From Trichomonas gallinae (taxonomy: Eukaryota): DNA of 40,596 nt. The position numbers and the translations under genes are program-made. The notes beneath the pieces are model-generated. The model had not been told where the DNA came from. It did no database searches and worked only from the letters and a program-made list of their open reading frames with translations. The stretch covers positions 1-40,596 of the forward strand of contig MRSU01001919.1 in NCBI GenBank assembly GCA_008369845.1, given 5' to 3'. Shown here piece by piece: positions 35,593-40,596 of the stretch; the first letter of the stretch is position 1; every line of letters begins with the position of its first letter.

Positions 35593-37785
35593 TCAGTGTT
35601 GAGACTGAGAGAAGTGAAATTCGAAATCTGAGTCCGAATCTTCTTCATTCATTTGAATAATTTTTTGTACTTCTCTTTTCTCGTCATCAGTCAAGACGAT
35701 GTCTCTGGTCAAATATCTGCCATCTATCTCAGGCAAAAACTGCGAAATCTCCAGTCCTTTTCCTCTTGCACTCATTGCGCACGTTAAAAACAATCTTTGA
35801 CGAGCTCTCGTCATAGCAACGTACAAAATCCTTCTTTCTTCAGCTATAGACACTGATCCATCACCGATTCCGCTGTCATCTGCATCTTTATCTGCCATTG
35901 GCAGAATATTTTGGTTAAACCTCATAATGAAGCAAACCGGGCTCTCCAGACCTTTCATCTGGTGTATCGTAGATAAAGTAACAGCGTTTTTAGTGCTCGT
36001 TGATGATGTTTCTAATGTTATAGAATCAATAAACTTTTGTAACGATTTGTTTGAGTTAAGAGGCGTTCCTTCGTTAGCTGCAAGTAGTCTAATATGGAAT
36101 CTTTTTGCTTCTTCGAGTAATAATTGAAAAGTTTCATTTCTATCGTTTATCATATCTTGTATCGCTTCCGAATACTCATCTAAGTCACCTTCAGGAGGTT
36201 TGTCTTCGGATTTTTCGTCCAAATTTGCCATTTTTGTGACATCGATGATTGTTTCTAAAACTGTGTCAGTCGCAAGTGAAGTGTTTATCTGACAAATCTG
36301 TCTGTTGAGTTTACCAATAACATTCACGAACTCATTTAGCTTTTTTATTGTCGCTTTCGGTAAATCAGTTTTAATCTTATCTTCGAAAACGAGATTTAAG
36401 TAATGTAGAATGTTCACATCTGCTTTGACAGCCTCTGCTCTAACTTGCATGGCAACACTAGCTCTAATTTGTCGATCTGGAACATTTAAAATTGTTTCGA
36501 ACGAAGAAGCAAGCAATTGATTGGGATCCGGCTCTTCACTACCATATGCAAGTAATAGTCTAGCGTATGAGACGATTTCTTTAACTTCATTTCTCATAAA
36601 AAATGAAATTCCTCTTTTATTGGAATATGGAATGTTCCTCCTGAATAATTCCATTTCCAACTCACTAGCAACCTTTTTCATCCTGAACATGATGCAAATG
36701 TCTCTGTATTGTGTCTGAGAACCGGGAAAAACCATTTTCTCGATTTCTGTGCATATTGCGTCAGCTTCTGAATAAGCATCTGACGATGATATGAATTTTA
36801 TTGGTAAACCACCAGGAACCATCGAAATTAAATTAGTTTCATTTCCATCATATTTTATTACGCTTTGTGACGCTTTAACTATCATATCACAACTCCTATA
36901 GTTCTTATAGAGAGTAATCGAAGTAGCATCTGGGAATAACTCGAGGAAATTTTTGATATTATCAGGATTGGCTCCTCTGAAGCTATAAATGCTCTGATGA
37001 GGGTCGCCAACAACAGTAACACGACGGTTAGGTGGCTGCCTTGTCATTGATTGTTGTAGAATTAATTTCAAAATCGAAAAATTTATTTCTGATGTATCTT
37101 GAAATTCGTCGATAAGAATGTAATGGTATAGTTTTCTGTATTCGAATGCAATTCTTTGGTGTTTAAGGAGAAGATCTTGCGTATATGTCATGAAATCTGT
37201 AAAATCGATTAATCTCTTTTTATGTAGAGTATCTTCGTAGAATTTTAACACAAACTGATAGTCACCGTAGACATCTTGGGACTTCTTTCCCATCATTTTC
37301 GCTCTGTTTACGAAATTTAACATTTTGTTTGTGTAAACTCTGATAAAAGTTGGTGTTGAGAAGTCTTTTCGCGATGGGTCCTTCTGTCTTAATGCGTTCA
37401 CTGCGTTTTTAATGATTTTTCGTTGTTCTGAGTTATCTGCAATGTGAAATGTTTGGTCATTTCCGGAAAACCCAAGGATGAAAGGGTTTGCCTTAAGCAT
37501 GTTAAGACAAAGCTGGTGGAAAGTAGACGTTGTAACGGATGATGCTTTGGGTCCAATAAAAGTTTTGAGTCTTTCTCGAATTTCATCTGCTGCTTTTCTT
37601 GTGAATGTCATAGCGAGGATGTTTTCTGGGTTAACACCTTGATCAATCATATAAGCAATACGACAAATCAAAGTTCTCGTCTTCCCAGAACCTGCACCTG
37701 CATAGATAAACAATGGATCCTCAATGGAAGCAGTAACCGCAGCTTTCTGCTCCTCATTGAGATCATCCAAGTATCTTTGAGACAT
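35593..37785 (-). CDS. UvrD/REP/PcrA/Srs2-family SF1A DNA helicase (730 aa)
   Basis: Motifs LNEEQ, AGAGSGKT, MTFTRKAADE, STFH, DEFQDT, VGDPHQSIYSFRGA, NYRS, STIHQMKGLE and EERRILYVAMTRA. Confidence 0.97.
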   Translation of the reverse strand: MSQRYLDDLNEEQKAAVTASIEDPLFIYAGAGSGKTRTLICRIAYMIDQGVNPENILAMTFTRKAADEIRERLKTFIGPKASSVTTSTFHQLCLNMLKANPFILGFSGNDQTFHIADNSEQRKIIKNAVNALRQKDPSRKDFSTPTFIRVYTNKMLNFVNRAKMMGKKSQDVYGDYQFVLKFYEDTLHKKRLIDFTDFMTYTQDLLLKHQRIAFEYRKLYHYILIDEFQDTSEINFSILKLILQQSMTRQPPNRRVTVVGDPHQSIYSFRGANPDNIKNFLELFPDATSITLYKNYRSCDMIVKASQSVIKYDGNETNLISMVPGGLPIKFISSSDAYSEADAICTEIEKMVFPGSQTQYRDICIMFRMKKVASELEMELFRRNIPYSNKRGISFFMRNEVKEIVSYARLLLAYGSEEPDPNQLLASSFETILNVPDRQIRASVAMQVRAEAVKADVNILHYLNLVFEDKIKTDLPKATIKKLNEFVNVIGKLNRQICQINTSLATDTVLETIIDVTKMANLDEKSEDKPPEGDLDEYSEAIQDMINDRNETFQLLLEEAKRFHIRLLAANEGTPLNSNKSLQKFIDSITLETSSTSTKNAVTLSTIHQMKGLESPVCFIMRFNQNILPMADKDADDSGIGDGSVSIAEERRILYVAMTRARQRLFLTCAMSARGKGLEISQFLPEIDGRYLTRDIVLTDDEKREVQKIIQMNEEDSDSDFEFHFSQSQH

Positions 37786-37864
37786 GAACTAAAAGATGAA
37801 GTTCCCTGAGGAAGTTAGCCGGTCCCCGATTTTATTTTACCAAACCCTTTTTAAATTGAATAGA

Positions 37865-37876
37865 TTTGGCGCCAAA
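37865..37876. promoter_or_regulatory. Palindromic E2F-type site TTTGGCGCCAAA
   Basis: Perfect 12 bp palindrome containing TTTSSCGC on both strands, 80 nt upstream of the helicase ATG. Confidence 0.6.
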
Positions 37877-37888
37877 ATTTTCTTCCAA

Positions 37889-37896
37889 AAAGTGAC
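37889..37896 (+). promoter_or_regulatory. AAAGTGAC (trichomonad M2-like promoter motif; TCACT Inr on the minus strand)
   Basis: Exact AAAGTGAC in the divergent promoter; the motif assignment is recalled from T. vaginalis promoter literature. Confidence 0.4.
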
Positions 37897-37920
37897 AACC
37901 AAAAATTTCAATTGAATATT

Positions 37921-38110
37921 CTTATCACCCCAAAGTATTTTTGTCACACCCTTTTAAACGATTATTTTCAATTCAAAATTAAACAATCCCCAAAATATTT
38001 TATTACCCCCTGCTTATTTTGTTTAGACCCTCGTTTAATTTATTCACCCCTAAATATTTACATCAGACCCTTTCTAATAATAGTTCCCTTGTTTTAATTT
38101 TACAGCCCCT
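37921..38110 (+). repeat. Degenerate ~20 bp-period array of CCC(C) tracts in AT-rich spacers
   Basis: C-runs start at 37928, 37949, 37988, 38006, 38028, 38047, 38068, 38086 and 38106. Confidence 0.7.
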
Positions 38111-38129
38111 TATTATTAATTTTGACAAA

Positions 38130-39629
38130 ATGACACTGAAGTTTTCTCATACATTGCTACCATCTGAAGAGTGCTCAGATATATTTGGGTGTGTTCAGAT
38201 GTCTCAGGAACCTACTGGCCAGGTCATTGAGATTCCAAAACCGAAGCATTGTAGGAATTGTCACTGTCTTCTTTTCCCTTTAACAGATGGACAGAGATTA
38301 GATTGCCCAATCTGCCACCCAGAGGCATCTTTTGCAAATAACACATACAAATTCTCAAGACTCGCTGAAAGCAGAAAATTAATTATTTTTGTTTTCGATA
38401 TAACCATTCCATTAAACTCACTTCTATTGCTGTTGAACGATCTGTATAACAATATCACTGATAATGAGACGATAAGTTTGATCTGTGTCTCAGATCGAAT
38501 CGTTTTCATTACTGTTGTCGATGGTTTGGTCGTTTTGGAGACATATACGCATCACTCAGAAATTACCACAACAATAAGACACTCGTTTAATCGCCAAACC
38601 CTCAAGAATATCGTTCTTCCTTCGATTTCGTCTGTTTTGGCACTGAAACCAGACACTTTCGCGAACGTTTACGACTACTACGAGATATTCAAGGTCGCAT
38701 GCAAAATTTCTAACTCAATTCCTTTCACTTTGTATTTATTCTCAAATCGACACTGCGCGCCAATAAATGCTGATGATGCTCAGTTCATCAGCGAAATGGT
38801 CAAAGAAAACAACTCAATCGCCCACATCGGCTGCATCAATGAGTTCAAAAGATTCACTGCAGCAGCGAGATGCACGTTTGGAAAGGTTTTCTCTGTGTCA
38901 ATGATACCATCTGGTGGATACTTCTCGAAACTCACTGAAAAAAATCTCGATAAATTCAGACTTTTCGCTCCAAGTTCATTCGAATACACAAAAGTTACGA
39001 ATTCTTCAGGAAATCTCAGGATGTCCGAGGTTCTCTCGAAGCTAAAACTCAGAGCATTCAGTGGAGGATCCGTAAGAATGTCTTTTAACCCAACAAGAAC
39101 AAGTTTCAAGACATTAAGGATTTTGGAGGAAAACAGAACGAACAATGGAACATTCTTAAGCTTATATACATTTAATGTCGCAGAAAATCTTCAGAAATTC
39201 AAAGAATCAGCAAATCAAGATATTTTAAATACTTTAATTCTCAAAGGTTTCGCATCAGATGTACTCAGAGGCTCCTGGAATGGCGATAAATTCGATCAAG
39301 TGCTTCCAAAATTCTTGCCCTCTGTTAAAGATATGTTGAACGCAACGACATTACATAATATGGGAACGAGCGAACAAATTGACATCATAAGATTATACTA
39401 TGTGCTCGGAAAATACGGAATTACAGACATATCTGCAAGATTAGTGAAATTAAACGGTGGATATGCGCTTGTTGTTCCACCGACATTATATATACTCACA
39501 GAAAACGATAGCGTTGACTACTCTCAGCTCTACTCTTCATTTGAGTGGCCAATTGAAATTAAACTTATTCAAAACAAATCAGCTTTCCAGTTCACTGTTG
39601 AAAAGTTTGGCATCAAGTTTACAGAGTAA
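38130..39629 (+). CDS. Divergent Sec23/Sec24-like protein (zinc finger + vWA/trunk-like domain), 499 aa from ATG
   Basis: CRNC..CPIC zinc finger, then IIFVFDIT and ISLICVSDRIVF, the order seen in Sec23/24. The ORF track starts at TTG 38019, but 38019-38129 is promoter-like; the first ATG is 38130. The CDS is firm; the family call is moderate. Confidence 0.65.
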   Translation: MTLKFSHTLLPSEECSDIFGCVQMSQEPTGQVIEIPKPKHCRNCHCLLFPLTDGQRLDCPICHPEASFANNTYKFSRLAESRKLIIFVFDITIPLNSLLLLLNDLYNNITDNETISLICVSDRIVFITVVDGLVVLETYTHHSEITTTIRHSFNRQTLKNIVLPSISSVLALKPDTFANVYDYYEIFKVACKISNSIPFTLYLFSNRHCAPINADDAQFISEMVKENNSIAHIGCINEFKRFTAAARCTFGKVFSVSMIPSGGYFSKLTEKNLDKFRLFAPSSFEYTKVTNSSGNLRMSEVLSKLKLRAFSGGSVRMSFNPTRTSFKTLRILEENRTNNGTFLSLYTFNVAENLQKFKESANQDILNTLILKGFASDVLRGSWNGDKFDQVLPKFLPSVKDMLNATTLHNMGTSEQIDIIRLYYVLGKYGITDISARLVKLNGGYALVVPPTLYILTENDSVDYSQLYSSFEWPIEIKLIQNKSAFQFTVEKFGIKFTE

Positions 39630-39784
39630 ATAGTTTTGTATTTTTTTTTTAGATTTAAAATATTTTTTGAATTGTAGAATTACAAGTTAGATTTTATATA
39701 GAATGTGTGTTAAATATAGTATACATAATGATTACGAACTGAAATCAGTGCATAATGAATGATTCATTTCGGAACTGAAAAAAT

Positions 39785-40375
39785 TTAACAGTTGCAGTCC
39801 TTCTTTGGCGCGTCTGGCTTCGACACATCGACACCAGACTTTGTTCGCAGCTTCGCTGTCGTTGGATTCTGTCTTAGATATTCATCACATGCGTCTTCGA
39901 AGATTTCGCTGACTCCTTTTCCTGTCAAGGCACTCGCCTCTCTGTATAAAGCGCCAATAGAGTCTGCAAGTTTCTCTGCCTGCTCTCTTGACACTTTTCT
40001 ATCCGGTAGATCAAGTTTGTTGCCGACTAAGACGGTGACAATCCTTCCATCGTTGACTTCGCAGATCCTCTCATGCCATTCATTGACAGCGTCGATGGTT
40101 TGCGGTAATGTTAAGTCGAACATGATAATTGCGATTTTTGTATCACGATAATACTGGGATGTGAGTGATCTATAGGCTTCCTGACCTGCTGTATCCCATA
40201 TCAGTAGATTTATATTCGTTTTGCCTATCTTTAGTTTTGCATTACAAAAGCCAGCGGCGATTGTTGGTGTTGTTGTTGCTGAAAACTCTCCTGTGAGGAA
40301 CCTGAGGGAAACACATGTCTTGCCAACTCCAGATTCGCCAACAACGACGACCTTAAGCGTTAAATCTTGAGACAT
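39785..40375 (-). CDS. Rab-family small GTPase (196 aa from ATG), Rab5-group-like
   Basis: GESGVGKT, PTIAAGF, IWDTAGQEAYRSL, YYR, GNKLD, EASA and a C-terminal CNC (CXC prenylation) motif. The first ATG is 40375. Confidence 0.95.
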   Translation of the reverse strand: MSQDLTLKVVVVGESGVGKTCVSLRFLTGEFSATTTPTIAAGFCNAKLKIGKTNINLLIWDTAGQEAYRSLTSQYYRDTKIAIIMFDLTLPQTIDAVNEWHERICEVNDGRIVTVLVGNKLDLPDRKVSREQAEKLADSIGALYREASALTGKGVSEIFEDACDEYLRQNPTTAKLRTKSGVDVSKPDAPKKDCNC

Positions 40376-40531
40376 TGACAATCTTTCCTTTTGCCAGACA
40401 GGGGCTGCCAAAATTATTCAGGAGTCCGATAGAATTCAGAGTAAATCAGGGGCATGAATAGCAAATTAGGGTCTTTCGAAAATTTTAGAAAAATTTTAGT
40501 AAAAATAAGCAATACATTTAAGGGATGGCTC

Positions 40532-40538
40532 AACCGTT
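40532..40538 (-). promoter_or_regulatory. M3/Myb-type element AACGGTT upstream of the Rab gene
   Basis: The minus strand reads AAAACGGTTG, matching RRCGSTK and the canonical Myb core CNGTTR. Confidence 0.35.
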
Positions 40539-40596
40539 TTTTTGTCGGGCGTAAAAAACAGGGTCTATCAGCCCATATGTTTGCTTTTGTACGTCA

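Noticed and set aside
35593..37785. UvrD helicase as a bacterial transfer or defence-system component
   Set aside because: Eukaryotes have Srs2-type homologues and the neighbours are eukaryotic housekeeping genes; origin cannot be judged without a phylogeny.
37921..38110. CCC ladder as a CRISPR array or a telomeric repeat
   Set aside because: The conserved core is only 3-5 nt with a ~20 bp period; there are no 23-47 bp repeats, no cas genes and no exact short unit.
38019..38129. TTG-initiated N-terminal extensions in the ORF track (also 5606, 17852, 27187, 40411)
   Set aside because: Eukaryotic context; the first in-frame ATG fits Inr positions, paralogue alignment or domain starts better.

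Overview
AT-rich eukaryotic DNA with intronless genes. TCAYW initiator elements, TAAA signals overlapping stop codons, many R2R3 Myb genes and a transmembrane adenylyl cyclase point to a trichomonad (Trichomonas vaginalis-like); this is an inference. The left ~28 kb is a gene-sparse island of probable transcription regulators, mostly separated by 1.2-3.5 kb spacers. It holds four Myb genes, one double winged-helix E2F7/8-like gene and three paralogues of an uncharacterised ~145 aa family (core DRLAxRNRxALxCWFxENW, terminal Dx[ST]D[IL]xxLLNxH). A multiply disrupted transmembrane cyclase pseudogene sits within the island. The right ~11 kb is compact housekeeping sequence: RhoGAP, a small hypothetical gene, a 936 aa acidic/Ser-rich protein with clathrin-box-like motifs, a UvrD/Srs2 helicase, a divergent Sec23/24-like protein and a Rab GTPase. 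Notable non-coding signals are a ~20 bp-phased CCC-tract array and a palindromic E2F site in the helicase/Sec23-like divergent promoter, a recurrent TCTGACA motif in the island, and promoter blocks shared between two paralogues. I recognised no RNA genes, CRISPR arrays or intact mobile elements.
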